A stretch of 64,000 nt of DNA from a virus: IMG/VR virus record IMGVR_UViG_3300031839_002042, positions 1 through 64,000 of that record; one strand, 5' to 3'. A program made the position numbers and the translations under genes. Positions 1 to 9,874 of the stretch are shown piece after piece; the first letter of the stretch is position 1; every line of letters starts with the position of its first letter. Below the pieces are notes generated by a model. That model was not told the DNA's origin. It was given only the letters and a program-made list of their open reading frames with translations, and did not search any database.

Positions 1-1218
1 ATGAAAGTCAATATTTACCTAGAGAACAAACCCGATGTTGATGGCAGGTGCAAATTATTTTTTTTCCTAAGTGGATCTGGAAAAAGAACAAAAGTCTATT
101 CAGGAGTCAAGGTAAAAAAAGAAGCCTGGGACGGAAGCCAGATCAGAAAGGGAAAATATGAACCTAAAGGAGATTTGAAAAACAGCATATTTCAAACAAA
201 GCTTTCTATTCTCCAAAAGATAATTTCTGAATACTCTATCAATCTATTGGATTTACACCCCGACAAACTTAAGGAACTCTATCTCCAGAAAGTTACGGGA
301 AACCAAGTTGAGAATACTATTTCTGGAAAATACACGATTGGGCAGATGGTAATTGATTATAAAGAAAAGTACAAGAGTATTCAAGCCCATAATACTTTAA
401 GGAATTTTGACCAGGTGAAAACCCATCTTGAGCAATATAGACCAGGAATAAGCATTGAGGAGATTGACAAATCATTTTTAACTGGCTATTGCACTTATCT
501 GGTTGGCCTAGGGCTCGAGAACTCCACAATTAAAGATAGACACCTCAAATGCATCAAGTCATTAGCAAAAGAAGGTATTGAACTTAAAATGAATGTATCT
601 GATGAAATCCACAAATTCAATTGGAAATCACAGCCAAAAATACCTTTTGCAGCTACCTGGAAAGAAGTTCAGGAAATCATGAAGCTAAAAGACTTTATCA
701 ATCCGAAATTCGAGCACATTCGGGATGCATTTGTTATTTCCTGTCATACAGGATTAAGGGAATCTGATTTGAATTTTTCTCCCCAGATGATCACGAAACA
801 AAAAGGGCAATGGATGTTGAGGGTGATCATGGTAAAAACAGGGTTGGATTACCAAATACCTTTATCAGATGAAGTTTATAATACCCTTAAAAAATACGAT
901 TTCAAAGTACCTAGCTACAGTCAGCAGTTTTATAATGAATCAATCAAAATAATTGTTCGCCCAGTAGTAAAAGGGATCTATCACAAACAAAAAGTTTCTG
1001 GATCCAATAAGCAGATTTTAGAGGTAGATAGATACAAGATGTTCAGTTCTCATACCGGTAGAAGAACCTTTGGGAGAAGGTTTATTGATATGGGAGGAAG
1101 CCTTATAATTTTATCTAAAATTTTTGGCCACAAAAACACTGAGACTACTTTAAAATATATCGGATATCAACCAAATGAGATCATTAACGAATTCAAGATG
1201 GTTTTCGGGATGAAGTAA
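1..1218 (+). CDS. int: tyrosine recombinase / phage integrase with Bacteroidota-type N-terminal arm-binding domain
   Basis: 405 aa; the C-terminus HTGRRTFGRRF...LGHKNTETTLKYIGY matches the catalytic R-H-R-Y region of tyrosine recombinases. The Lys-rich N-terminal domain is typical of Bacteroides phage integrases. Confidence 0.85.
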   Translation: MKVNIYLENKPDVDGRCKLFFFLSGSGKRTKVYSGVKVKKEAWDGSQIRKGKYEPKGDLKNSIFQTKLSILQKIISEYSINLLDLHPDKLKELYLQKVTGNQVENTISGKYTIGQMVIDYKEKYKSIQAHNTLRNFDQVKTHLEQYRPGISIEEIDKSFLTGYCTYLVGLGLENSTIKDRHLKCIKSLAKEGIELKMNVSDEIHKFNWKSQPKIPFAATWKEVQEIMKLKDFINPKFEHIRDAFVISCHTGLRESDLNFSPQMITKQKGQWMLRVIMVKTGLDYQIPLSDEVYNTLKKYDFKVPSYSQQFYNESIKIIVRPVVKGIYHKQKVSGSNKQILEVDRYKMFSSHTGRRTFGRRFIDMGGSLIILSKIFGHKNTETTLKYIGYQPNEIINEFKMVFGMK

Positions 1219-1231
1219 ATTTTGCAACGTA

Positions 1232-1699
1232 TTATTTTGCTCTCATTAGCCTCATTTCCCTTTCGGTTAATTCCACTGATTTTTCAAGATTATTGACTTT
1301 ACCTACTAGATATTCGATCTGTTGATGCATCGAATGGATTTTTTCATTGACGGATTGACTTCCGTAAACCGACCGCTCAACATCCTTAACCAATTGTGCT
1401 TCAGGGTCAATTACAATTGGTTTTGTGCCATATAGTAGATAGTCCGTAGATACTCCAAACTGTTCGTTCAATATCCTGATGTAATCAACACTGATGTAAT
1501 TGGTTGATTCAGCACCGTCAGTTACAGACTTTTTAAGCCCGGAAACCCGTTGGTTTCTTATTCCTGTCAATTCTTCGAACTGGCGATAGTTTTTAATCCT
1601 GCCAGAATCGATCAGATAATCTAAGGCAATCACCCAGTTTTTAGTGATTTCTAACCTTAATTCTTTTTGATCCATATATTTTTTATTCCTGATTATCAA
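1232..1699 (-). CDS. putative HTH transcriptional regulator, CI-like repressor candidate (convergent with int, divergent from early genes)
   Basis: 155 aa with an HTH-like segment (NYRQFEELTGIRNQRVSGL) and a C-terminal coiled coil; position matches the cI locus of a lysogeny switch. The true start may be the downstream Met (MDQKELRL). Confidence 0.5.
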   Translation of the reverse strand: MIIRNKKYMDQKELRLEITKNWVIALDYLIDSGRIKNYRQFEELTGIRNQRVSGLKKSVTDGAESTNYISVDYIRILNEQFGVSTDYLLYGTKPIVIDPEAQLVKDVERSVYGSQSVNEKIHSMHQQIEYLVGKVNNLEKSVELTEREMRLMRAK

Positions 1700-1778
1700 C
1701 TAGTTATAAAAATATGCAATAAAAAACGTAAATATTTTTACTTTATTCATTGAAGTTTTGTAGAATTACAACACAATC

Positions 1779-1809
1779 ATTTGCAAAAGCAAATTAAAGC
1801 ATTGCAACC
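1779..1809. promoter_or_regulatory. operator-like palindrome ATTTGCaaaaGCAAAT plus adjacent GCATTGCAAC in the divergent int/repressor-early intergenic region
   Basis: Perfect 6-bp inverted repeat; the same TTGCAA/GTTGCA half-site recurs at other intergenic sites. Confidence 0.4.
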
Positions 1810-1829
1810 TAACTAATTCTTACAACGAA

Positions 1830-2147
1830 ATGGAAGCAAAACAAAACGAATCTACAAAAAAACGCAATAATCCAAAATATAGATTTATCAGCCAGGAGAA
1901 ATCTGAGCGATTGAAATCTGTCATTGGAGGCTCTTGGTACCCGGATTTTGTAGAGGAATGGAAAAGGACTTTTCCCAAAGAAAAGCGCATTCCTACTAGA
2001 CCAACTGCAGGAAACGTGATCAACGGAAGGCACTCCAATAAACGCATCATGGAAGTCATTTTCAAAATGGCGAAGTCAGCTGATGAACTTAAGAAAGAGC
2101 TCAATTCTATTCTTGAAAATGCTGAACCAGAATCAGTTAAGTCTTAA
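1830..2147 (+). CDS. hypothetical basic protein, first early gene (Cro-like position)
   Basis: 105-aa ORF divergent from the repressor candidate; Lys/Arg-rich. Confidence 0.45.
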   Translation: MEAKQNESTKKRNNPKYRFISQEKSERLKSVIGGSWYPDFVEEWKRTFPKEKRIPTRPTAGNVINGRHSNKRIMEVIFKMAKSADELKKELNSILENAEPESVKS

Positions 2148-2169
2148 TACGCATAGAAGCAATATTTAA

Positions 2170-2505
2170 GTGAATCAATCAATCAAATCAAAAATGGAAT
2201 CAACATTAAATCAGGTGCATGTAGAATTAATAGAGGATTCTACAAACAAGTTGTTCGGGATTGTAATAATGGATCTGCGAGAAGGATTCTTCTTAAAAAC
2301 CACGAAACAGGATATCGAAGATTGGGTGAAAGAAAATGGTGAAGAGGGTATAGACTTCAATTCTGAAAAAGAATGGTTTGATGAATATCCTGAAGGAGGT
2401 CATTTCTACAATGAAAAAACATTGATCGCAGATGCCTGGGAGGATCAATTAAGAGACTACGCATTCGCACATCGTAAACTTTGGGTCCAGGATAACAATG
2501 AATAA
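2170..2505 (+). CDS. hypothetical protein
   Basis: 111-aa ORF; the track start is GTG. The likely true start is ATG 2194 (MESTLNQ), preceded by an (AATC)n run. Confidence 0.45.
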   Translation: MNQSIKSKMESTLNQVHVELIEDSTNKLFGIVIMDLREGFFLKTTKQDIEDWVKENGEEGIDFNSEKEWFDEYPEGGHFYNEKTLIADAWEDQLRDYAFAHRKLWVQDNNE

Positions 2506-2908
2506 TCACATCAATCTGGATGTGATTGAATTTCATCAAATAGAGATCACAGACCAACAGATCATTATTATCTGGAGCACATTCCCTTTATACAAGAAAC
2601 GAAAAACTGAATACCAGTTGACCGAATTCTACCAATGGGTATTAGATGATGACTACGACAACAGTAAAAGGACACTGGATCCTTTCTGGTTGATCGAAGA
2701 AATGAAAGATGTCATTCAATTCATGGTTCAGGATTTTCATGCAATCAACTGCGATGTTTTTTGGAGAAAAGAAGTAACCGCCTTGAAAGGGATTATTCAC
2801 GGTCTAAAAGGAAAAATCAGGTCTATGGAGCTTGTCATTTCAAAGCTTCAATCGGAAAAAAACAAGCTTCTCAAGAGGCTTTCGCAAGTAATCAAATCGA
2901 GTTTTTAA
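2498..2908 (+). CDS. hypothetical protein
   Basis: 136-aa ORF tightly packed with its neighbours (8-nt overlap). Confidence 0.45.
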   Translation: MNNHINLDVIEFHQIEITDQQIIIIWSTFPLYKKRKTEYQLTEFYQWVLDDDYDNSKRTLDPFWLIEEMKDVIQFMVQDFHAINCDVFWRKEVTALKGIIHGLKGKIRSMELVISKLQSEKNKLLKRLSQVIKSSF

Positions 2909-2924
2909 AATAAATAAATCAATC

Positions 2925-3449
2925 ATGCCAACAGGTAAAAGAAATGCAGCTAAAGCAGCTGCTAAAAATCAGGAAGAATTGGTGACTACAGCTGAAAATC
3001 AGGAAACAGAAGTAGCACCAGTACAAAAAGAAGAAGTAGCTATGTTCAATGCTGGAACATTGTTCATACCTAATTCTGAGTCTCTTGGAAGGCTTGAACA
3101 AGCTGAAACAGGAATGGATCTTACGGTGAAATATCGTAAGCAAGAAGAATGGTTTGAATTTAAAAACAAACCAGTTAGAGCTTATTTCATGGGGATCAAA
3201 GAAATCCCAAATGAGGAAGGGGAAATGATCATTGTTGGTGCATTCTTCACCAGTGATGGGCCATTTCTGGCAGGTCAAAAACTGCTAATTGATGCAGTAA
3301 AGCATTTGGAGCCTAATACACCTATTGAAATCACTTTCCTAGGTAAAAAGGAAAACAAGTCCTCAAAAGGGAGTACGAATATGTTTGAGGTGAAATTACT
3401 TCGCATCAACATTACTCCAAAACTGGAAGGAGGTAAGGCAAATGGATAA
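2925..3449 (+). CDS. hypothetical protein
   Basis: 174-aa ORF with 8-nt overlap to the next gene; the AAATCAATCATG start context matches several other genes. Confidence 0.5.
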   Translation: MPTGKRNAAKAAAKNQEELVTTAENQETEVAPVQKEEVAMFNAGTLFIPNSESLGRLEQAETGMDLTVKYRKQEEWFEFKNKPVRAYFMGIKEIPNEEGEMIIVGAFFTSDGPFLAGQKLLIDAVKHLEPNTPIEITFLGKKENKSSKGSTNMFEVKLLRINITPKLEGGKANG

Positions 3450-4860
3450 TTCAAAACCAAGCTTCCTTAAAATAGCCGAGACTTCCAGAGAAATTGAAGA
3501 ACAGGCAAAAGACTTAGACCTTTCATCCCTTGAAAAAGGCTTTACTGAAGGTGAAAACCTAGTAGATCCAGACCAGGAGGAAGAAAACCAAGGTCAGACT
3601 TACAAGCAGGCCATTATCAGCCGAAATGATTTTGAGTTGGGAGAATATCCTACTCTTGATCAATGGCTGAACTGGATGAACCTCAACTGGGATAAACCTA
3701 CACAACATATTTATTCCAAGGATCTAAGGGTTAACGGGCATTTTGTCCGTGACAGCTTTGAAAAATACCTGAAAGATTCTAGGGTTCAAATCGGTGAAGA
3801 TGGTCAGATCGTCAGAAATGAAGATGGTACCATTAAAGGTTTCTTTCAGAGTTCAGACCTTAAAAAGGCAGGGCGTACACCTAGACACCTATTCTTTGCC
3901 TTGAATGATCTACTCCCAGAGAAGGAGAAGAAAAGTCACTTTGAGCTTGGCACATTCATGCATGAAGCCATTCTGGAACCTACCAAGTTCAGAAGAGTAG
4001 TAGTAGAACCTAAAGCTTCCCTGGCATCACATGATGGTTGCGATATCCTTGTAAAATTCTGGACTGAAAAACTCCTAGAAACTTATGAATTGGAAGATTC
4101 AAAAATTCCTGCCAAGGATAGATTGGAATCCACTATTGAGCTTATCAAAGATCAAATCTCTTATGATGATGCAAAACCAAAGGTGGACCATAAGAAAGGT
4201 TTGATCGAAGGTTTGAAAACCGCTGCAGGTCTGGAATCAGTTTCCGAAGAGCATTATTCAATCATCAAAGTGATTGAATTGAACCTGAAATCTTATGGTA
4301 ACGGGATCATTCCTAGAATCATCAAGCATTGCAAGCGTGAATGTAGTGCATACTTGAAGGATTATAAAGGAACAGGCATACCATTGAAGGTTCGTCCTGA
4401 TGGGTTGCAGTTTGCTGAAAACATTGGTTTGGATGCCATTATATCAGTCAAGACTACCAAAGCACAGAACCTTTCAAAATTCATCTACGACTTTGCACAG
4501 TACGATTATGATCTATCGGATGGTATGTATATGGAAACCCTTTCAGAAGTAACTGACAGGGAGTTCAGAACCATAATTACCATCATGTGCCAAACTGTAG
4601 AGCCTTATGGTGTTGCAGTATTCTTCACCTCAGCTGAGGATAGGGAATTAGGTAAACACCGCTTCCTAAGATCATTGGATATTCTTGAAAACACAATCCA
4701 AAAGCAGATTTGGGACGGGTATGACATCTATGCACCGAGAGACAATCACGGAGTAATAGAATTGGTTCAACCATGGTGGGCATTCAAGAGACTAGAAGCT
4801 ACCAATCAGGAAGGGTTGGAAGGAATCCGGATCAGCGGAGAAGATTACTCAGGAGACTAA
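3442..4860 (+). CDS. putative PD-(D/E)xK-family nuclease (YqaJ/RecB-like exonuclease candidate)
   Basis: 472 aa; segment HFELGTFMHEAILE ... VRPDGL ... LDAIISVKTTK is compatible with a PD-(D/E)xK core; an SD-like GGAAGGAGG lies 7 nt upstream. Confidence 0.4.
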   Translation: MDNSKPSFLKIAETSREIEEQAKDLDLSSLEKGFTEGENLVDPDQEEENQGQTYKQAIISRNDFELGEYPTLDQWLNWMNLNWDKPTQHIYSKDLRVNGHFVRDSFEKYLKDSRVQIGEDGQIVRNEDGTIKGFFQSSDLKKAGRTPRHLFFALNDLLPEKEKKSHFELGTFMHEAILEPTKFRRVVVEPKASLASHDGCDILVKFWTEKLLETYELEDSKIPAKDRLESTIELIKDQISYDDAKPKVDHKKGLIEGLKTAAGLESVSEEHYSIIKVIELNLKSYGNGIIPRIIKHCKRECSAYLKDYKGTGIPLKVRPDGLQFAENIGLDAIISVKTTKAQNLSKFIYDFAQYDYDLSDGMYMETLSEVTDREFRTIITIMCQTVEPYGVAVFFTSAEDRELGKHRFLRSLDILENTIQKQIWDGYDIYAPRDNHGVIELVQPWWAFKRLEATNQEGLEGIRISGEDYSGD

Positions 4861-4903
4861 CAATCAACCACGGGGGAGCAATCCCCCACTTTCCCTATAC
4901 ACT

Positions 4904-5408
4904 TATGTTACACCACGCAATTAAGCAAACACAGGCATTGACCGTTGAGGCTAGAGCTCAATGGATCATTGACAATTCCAGACAGGATTTAGTACACACC
5001 AAACGTGATTACTTCTCCGATGAAGAATTGGCAGAAAAACACCAAAGATCAACCGAGTTGACAAGTCAAATTATAGAGTTGGCAGACCTTAAAAAAAGGG
5101 TGAACGATTCTTTGACCAAAGGTCGTGAAGAGGACATTGAAGTTTCTATTCCTGCTTCTCTTGGAATAACCAAGATCACAAAACAGCGGGATGAACTGGT
5201 GAGAATCGTCAAAAAAGGATATTCAGAATATGATGTGGATATCTATGGAATCCCTAACGAGGATGGGTTCATGTACTTCTTTGACAATGAAGGAAATGTA
5301 ATAGAGGAAAGGACCAAAAAACTATCCATCAAAGAGCGAAGGATATTCTTTGGAATGTTTGCCATGGATGATGATGAAGAAGAAAGCACATTCAAGGTCG
5401 CCAAATAA
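4904..5408 (+). CDS. hypothetical protein
   Basis: The track ORF 4773..5408 overlaps the upstream gene by 88 nt in another frame. The first ATG after the upstream stop is at 4904. Confidence 0.4.
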
Positions 5409-5439
5409 TCAGTTTTCAAATTTCTAACCATACAAATCA

Positions 5440-6246
5440 ATGTCAAAAAATATCAAAGTTGTAGTGCCTGAAAATTACGATCCTGCAAAACCGATTGTAA
5501 TCCACCTACTAGAGGGGGCTGCGCCAGAGCCTTTAAAAACAGTCCAAGAGCAATCTGTTAAAATCAGTGGGGATATTAATGCTCCAGCTATTTACGCCAA
5601 AAGCATATTTCCTAGATCTGGATCAGTAGGCTTTTCCAACGATTCCCCAGTAAACCGTTTTCCAAATGAACAGGCTATTGTTGAGTATTCCAACAATCCT
5701 AAAAATCCATGGATTGAACTTACGCTTAATCCTGGTCAATCAGTCAATACAAAGATAAACGGAGTTTTAAAACCGAATAAAGAAGTAGAGCTATTTGGGT
5801 TTAATGTAGACGGGAAGTTTACAAACAAAACTTTCATTGACCATATCATGAAGTACCCTCATTGCTTTGCTACCAAAGGAGTAGTAAAACAACTCAGAAA
5901 CGAGCTAAAGAACTTCTCAGCCCAGTTCAAAACACTGGTAAAAAAGGCTGATGATAGCAAAGGGAACACAGAGGATATAATCAGTACTGAATTCGACAAA
6001 ACCAAAGCGAACATCCCTGATCAAATCTTTTTGAAGATGCCTCTTTTTGAAGGTTGTGATCCAGTAGAATTTGAAGCTGAGGTAGAAATCAAAGTGGATA
6101 TGACTTCGGGTAAACCAGAAGCAAAATTTGGGTTCTTCACTATGGAACTTGAAGTGCAGCAGAGGGAATTCACTGAAAATATCATCAAGTCACAAGTGGA
6201 CTTATTAAAAGAAAAATTCACCTGTATCAGGGTAAACAACCAATAA
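5440..6246 (+). CDS. hypothetical protein
   Basis: 268-aa ORF with the ACAAATCAATG start context. Confidence 0.5.
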   Translation: MSKNIKVVVPENYDPAKPIVIHLLEGAAPEPLKTVQEQSVKISGDINAPAIYAKSIFPRSGSVGFSNDSPVNRFPNEQAIVEYSNNPKNPWIELTLNPGQSVNTKINGVLKPNKEVELFGFNVDGKFTNKTFIDHIMKYPHCFATKGVVKQLRNELKNFSAQFKTLVKKADDSKGNTEDIISTEFDKTKANIPDQIFLKMPLFEGCDPVEFEAEVEIKVDMTSGKPEAKFGFFTMELEVQQREFTENIIKSQVDLLKEKFTCIRVNNQ

Positions 6247-6252
6247 TCAACC

Positions 6253-6489
6253 TTGGCCAGAGCAATCTGGCCAATTTATACCCTTTCATTTCCTATGGAT
6301 CCAATCACACTATTTATACTCTTTTCCCTATTGAGTTTTGCAGGGAATGTGATTTTTCTAACGGCTTTAATGATCCAAAAATCCAAAATAAGATTGATGG
6401 ATCACCGATACGCAAATTTGATGGAGGAATTGACTAGGGTGAGAGCAAACTACAATCAGTTAAAAAATCAAGAAAATCAGGAACAATGA
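6253..6489 (+). CDS. small hydrophobic protein
   Basis: 78 aa with one predicted TM helix, wedged between two genes. Confidence 0.35.
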   Translation: MARAIWPIYTLSFPMDPITLFILFSLLSFAGNVIFLTALMIQKSKIRLMDHRYANLMEELTRVRANYNQLKNQENQEQ

Positions 6490-7508
6490 AAATTTTAGCA
6501 GTTGACACAGAAACCACCGGAACAAATCCCGGTAAACATTCGATCTGGCAAATTGCCGGTATAGTTTATATCGATGGGAAAGAGAAAGAGCGATTTGAAA
6601 TTTTGATGCAGCCAAATCCTAAAGCTGCTATAGATCCAGATGCTTTTAACCCATCAAAGAATAAAACCCCTGAGCAGATCCAGGAGGAAATTGATAAGTT
6701 AAAAACTTACATGCCGTTTGAGGAAGGGTATAAAACATTTGTCGGGATTTTAGGCAAGTATATAGATAAGTACGATTCAAAAGATAAGTTCTTTTTCCTT
6801 GCCCATAATGCTCCTTTTGACAACGATTTCCTAAGAGGTTTATTCCTTCAGAATGGAGACGATTATTTTGGCTCATGGTTTTGGCCTGATGTATTGTGCA
6901 CTAGAGTACTGGCTATACGTCAGTTGATGCCTATACGGCACACGATGCCAAATTTCCAGTTAATGACGATAGCCCGTCAACTCGGAATTGAAATAGATGA
7001 ATCAAAGCTTCATGATGCCACATACGATATTGATATCACGATCGAGGTATTCAAAAGACTCCGGTTAACCAAGACTGAAATCGATGGCATTTTTGAAGAT
7101 TTCAAGATGCAGGAGGCAATCCAATTGGCATTTGAGCAAATAGAAGGATTTGAAGCTATGGATGAAGAAGATCGTAAAACTGACGGAGTAGAAAATATCC
7201 AAATAGCAATGAACATCCTTAGAAAATTCATCAAACCTGCTGTCACAGCCTGTTTGGTCTTTTTCCTTGCATTCACTTTCAATATCTACCAGGTACAAGC
7301 TCAGTTTAAGGATAAGCAGCCCAAATCAGGAAACTACCTATCCTGGGCGCATAAGAACTACGGGTTCAAAGGTTATAAGCTCAACCGTGGACAGCGTAAA
7401 GCCTTGGGATTGTCTCAAGGGTTATTAGGTACGGGATTATTCGCTAACCGGAACAAAAATAAGCGAAACAAAAAATCAAAAAATCAACCAACAACATCAA
7501 AAAAATGA
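6486..7508 (+). CDS. DnaQ-like DEDDh 3'-5' exonuclease
   Basis: Motifs AVDTETTG (Exo I), FFLAHNAPFDNDFL (Exo II) and LHDATYDIDITIEVF (Exo III, H...D); the C-terminal ~90 aa hold a hydrophobic helix and a Lys-rich tail. Confidence 0.75.
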   Translation: MKILAVDTETTGTNPGKHSIWQIAGIVYIDGKEKERFEILMQPNPKAAIDPDAFNPSKNKTPEQIQEEIDKLKTYMPFEEGYKTFVGILGKYIDKYDSKDKFFFLAHNAPFDNDFLRGLFLQNGDDYFGSWFWPDVLCTRVLAIRQLMPIRHTMPNFQLMTIARQLGIEIDESKLHDATYDIDITIEVFKRLRLTKTEIDGIFEDFKMQEAIQLAFEQIEGFEAMDEEDRKTDGVENIQIAMNILRKFIKPAVTACLVFFLAFTFNIYQVQAQFKDKQPKSGNYLSWAHKNYGFKGYKLNRGQRKALGLSQGLLGTGLFANRNKNKRNKKSKNQPTTSKK

Positions 7509-8290
7509 AAAATCCTACCTACCTGCTATTTGCAGTATTGATCATGTTCTCATGTAATCGACCAGAGCCGAATTACGAAGGAGTACTAATGACTGACTAC
7601 GGTCGAAATGGTATTGAATCATTTAAAGTAGTAACTGGAGCCCAAGGGGTTTTGGGTCCAGGAAGTGAATTGTATCAGGTTCCGATGTGGGAGCAAAAAG
7701 GGGATCCTTCAGAAGTTAAGATTACCACCAAAGATGCAGGTACTTTCACTGTAGATCCAGCATACACCTATAAACCAATTCGTGGTAAAGGACCAAACAT
7801 AGTGCTCGATTACAAAAACTACAATGTCAATTACCCAGATGAATTCTTTGACTTAGTAGAAACCAATATACTTGATAAACGGGTCACTGATGCTTATAGG
7901 GAAGAAGCCAGATTCTACACCACTGATTCTTTGATGAACAACCTAGATGGGTTTGAAAAATCGGTAGAGAAGCGATTACTGAATGATTTTGAAATCAAAT
8001 ATTTCGAATTAACCACGCTTACTTCTGGATTAACTCCGCCCCCATCCATGGCACAGGCAGTAGAAGATAGAAATAAAGCAATCCAAGAAGCCAACAAAGT
8101 AAAGAATGAACTGGAAACTTCAAGGATGCTGCTTGAGAAGGCCAAAATTGATGCTGAAACAAACAGGATTAAGTCCAATGGACTGACCAAGGAAGTACTT
8201 GCGGAAAAATGGATTGAAGCGATCAAGACTTCAAGCAATAGAATCATAATTACTGACGGGAATACTCCTGTCATTTTAGGAAACAATTAA
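7505..8290 (+). CDS. lipoprotein, possibly SPFH/band-7-like
   Basis: Signal peptide with lipobox LIMFSC; an Ala/Glu-rich C-terminal coiled coil resembles SPFH proteins. Confidence 0.55.
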   Translation: MKNPTYLLFAVLIMFSCNRPEPNYEGVLMTDYGRNGIESFKVVTGAQGVLGPGSELYQVPMWEQKGDPSEVKITTKDAGTFTVDPAYTYKPIRGKGPNIVLDYKNYNVNYPDEFFDLVETNILDKRVTDAYREEARFYTTDSLMNNLDGFEKSVEKRLLNDFEIKYFELTTLTSGLTPPPSMAQAVEDRNKAIQEANKVKNELETSRMLLEKAKIDAETNRIKSNGLTKEVLAEKWIEAIKTSSNRIIITDGNTPVILGNN

Positions 8291-8302
8291 ACCCTTTCTT
8301 TC

Positions 8303-8494
8303 ATGAAAAATCTAATCCTAAAAGTCCTCTACTTCATTTTAGCCATCATCGCGATGGTTACTACGATCATGTTTGTTTTCCGGAGTGATCACCCGATGCT
8401 TTGGATAGTGGTTTTACTCATTTTCGCTATCATCCTAATCAAATTCCCTTACCGAAAGTACTTCGGTGACTCACCCTCTAAACGCAAGCTTTAA
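8303..8494 (+). CDS. small two-TM membrane protein
   Basis: 63 aa, very hydrophobic, immediately downstream of the lipoprotein. Confidence 0.45.
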   Translation: MKNLILKVLYFILAIIAMVTTIMFVFRSDHPMLWIVVLLIFAIILIKFPYRKYFGDSPSKRKL

Positions 8495-8928
8495 TGGAAT
8501 TAATCACAATATCTGGATATGTAGGTAAGGATGCCGAGCTTAAGGAAAGCAACGGCCGGAAGTACACTAAATTCAGTTTGGCCGTTGATAAATCTTTCAA
8601 AAACAGGGAGGGTGTAAAAGTGGAAAAAACCAACTGGTGGACAGTATTCAGCCAGAATGAAAACCTTGCCAATCACTTCAAGAAAGGAACTTACCTGACA
8701 GTAGTGGGAGAACCGTCATTCAGTACATGGGAAAACGACCAAAGGCAGGTATCTGTCAATCTCAGTCTGAATTTGATGAAGTTCAGTTTTGGCCCTTCAC
8801 CGTCCAATAATTCACAAAACCAGGCTACTGCACCTCAATCAAATTCAAGTCCTTTCAATAGACCTCAAACACCAACCATCACTGATGCACAGGTACTAGA
8901 GGATGAAGGCGATGATCTACCATTTTAA
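8494..8928 (+). CDS. ssb: single-stranded DNA-binding protein
   Basis: OB-fold signature MELITISGYVGKDAELK...TNWWTV, a Gln/Pro/Ser-rich linker and an acidic C-terminal tail DEGDDLPF typical of SSB. Confidence 0.8.
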   Translation: MELITISGYVGKDAELKESNGRKYTKFSLAVDKSFKNREGVKVEKTNWWTVFSQNENLANHFKKGTYLTVVGEPSFSTWENDQRQVSVNLSLNLMKFSFGPSPSNNSQNQATAPQSNSSPFNRPQTPTITDAQVLEDEGDDLPF

Positions 8929-8992
8929 TCCAAAAACCTCCTGAAAATCGGGAGGTTTTACACACCCTTAAAACAATTTGAATTCAGATTAA

Positions 8993-9874
8993 ATGGATGC
9001 TAAGAGAGTGATTAATACCAGGATGTGGGCAGATAGTTGGTTTGAAGAATTAAACAGCGCAGAGAGGCTTATTTGGCTTTATCTCCTGACCAATCAGCAA
9101 ACCAATCTTCTGGGTATTTATGAGATCAGCCTACGGAGAATCTCTAATGAAACAGGGGTTGATATTGATGTTTGCGAAACCATTATGGAACGGTTCGGGA
9201 ATGATTCGAAAGCCTTCTACAATGATGGGTATATCCTAATTGTGAACTGGATCAAGAATCAGCAGATGAATTCCAACATGATTATTTCAGCAAAAAAGAT
9301 TTTAGAGGCTTTACCAGAGAAAATAAAAAAGTGGCTTTTAAAGCTTGGAATCAGCGATTTTGAATCATTGGAGAATGGTTCGGTAACCATTGCCCAACGG
9401 TGGAAGGAAATTGAAATTGAAATTGAAAAGGAAATAGAAAATGAAATAGAAAGCGAAAATGGAAACGGTTCGCTTCCCGAACCGATAGCTATGGCTGTTT
9501 CTGAAGTTTCTTTTTTCAAACCCGATGGAAATGTCACCAAACAACCTGCCACTGAACAGCCAGATGAAAAAAAGAAAAAAGTTGCGCCAAAAAAGAAAAA
9601 TGAAATCCCGGAGCTTTCTGAGTTTCTAGACTATGCCAAATCGTGGATGGAAAGAAATGGGAAGGATTATGAGGGAAAGAGAGTGCAGATCGAGAGTAAA
9701 TACCAGGCTTGGAAGGATGCTGGCTGGAAAGATGGCTTTAACAAACCTATTTCAAACTGGAAATCAAAATTTCAAAATACAGAACCATTCATAAAATCAG
9801 ATGGAAAAAATTACCACACTACTAGAAAAACAGCTAGAGAACCCAACACTGGAAGTGGTTTTGGCAAACTGTAA
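8993..9874 (+). CDS. phage replication initiation / replisome-organizer protein
   Basis: N-terminus WADSWFEELNSAERLIWLYLL...LLGIYEISLRRISNETG resembles the phage replisome-organizer/DnaD-like N-domain; an EIEIEIEKEIENEIE linker follows. Confidence 0.55.
   Translation: MDAKRVINTRMWADSWFEELNSAERLIWLYLLTNQQTNLLGIYEISLRRISNETGVDIDVCETIMERFGNDSKAFYNDGYILIVNWIKNQQMNSNMIISAKKILEALPEKIKKWLLKLGISDFESLENGSVTIAQRWKEIEIEIEKEIENEIESENGNGSLPEPIAMAVSEVSFFKPDGNVTKQPATEQPDEKKKKVAPKKKNEIPELSEFLDYAKSWMERNGKDYEGKRVQIESKYQAWKDAGWKDGFNKPISNWKSKFQNTEPFIKSDGKNYHTTRKTAREPNTGSGFGKL

Noticed and set aside
317-529. Minus-strand 70-aa ORF inside the integrase gene
   Set aside because: Fully antisense to a confidently identified integrase.
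4773-4903. Programmed frameshift joining ORF 3442-4860 to ORF 4773-5408 (88-nt overlap in another frame)
   Set aside because: No slippery heptamer was seen in the overlap, and a normal ATG (4904) follows the upstream stop. A simple separate start is more parsimonious.
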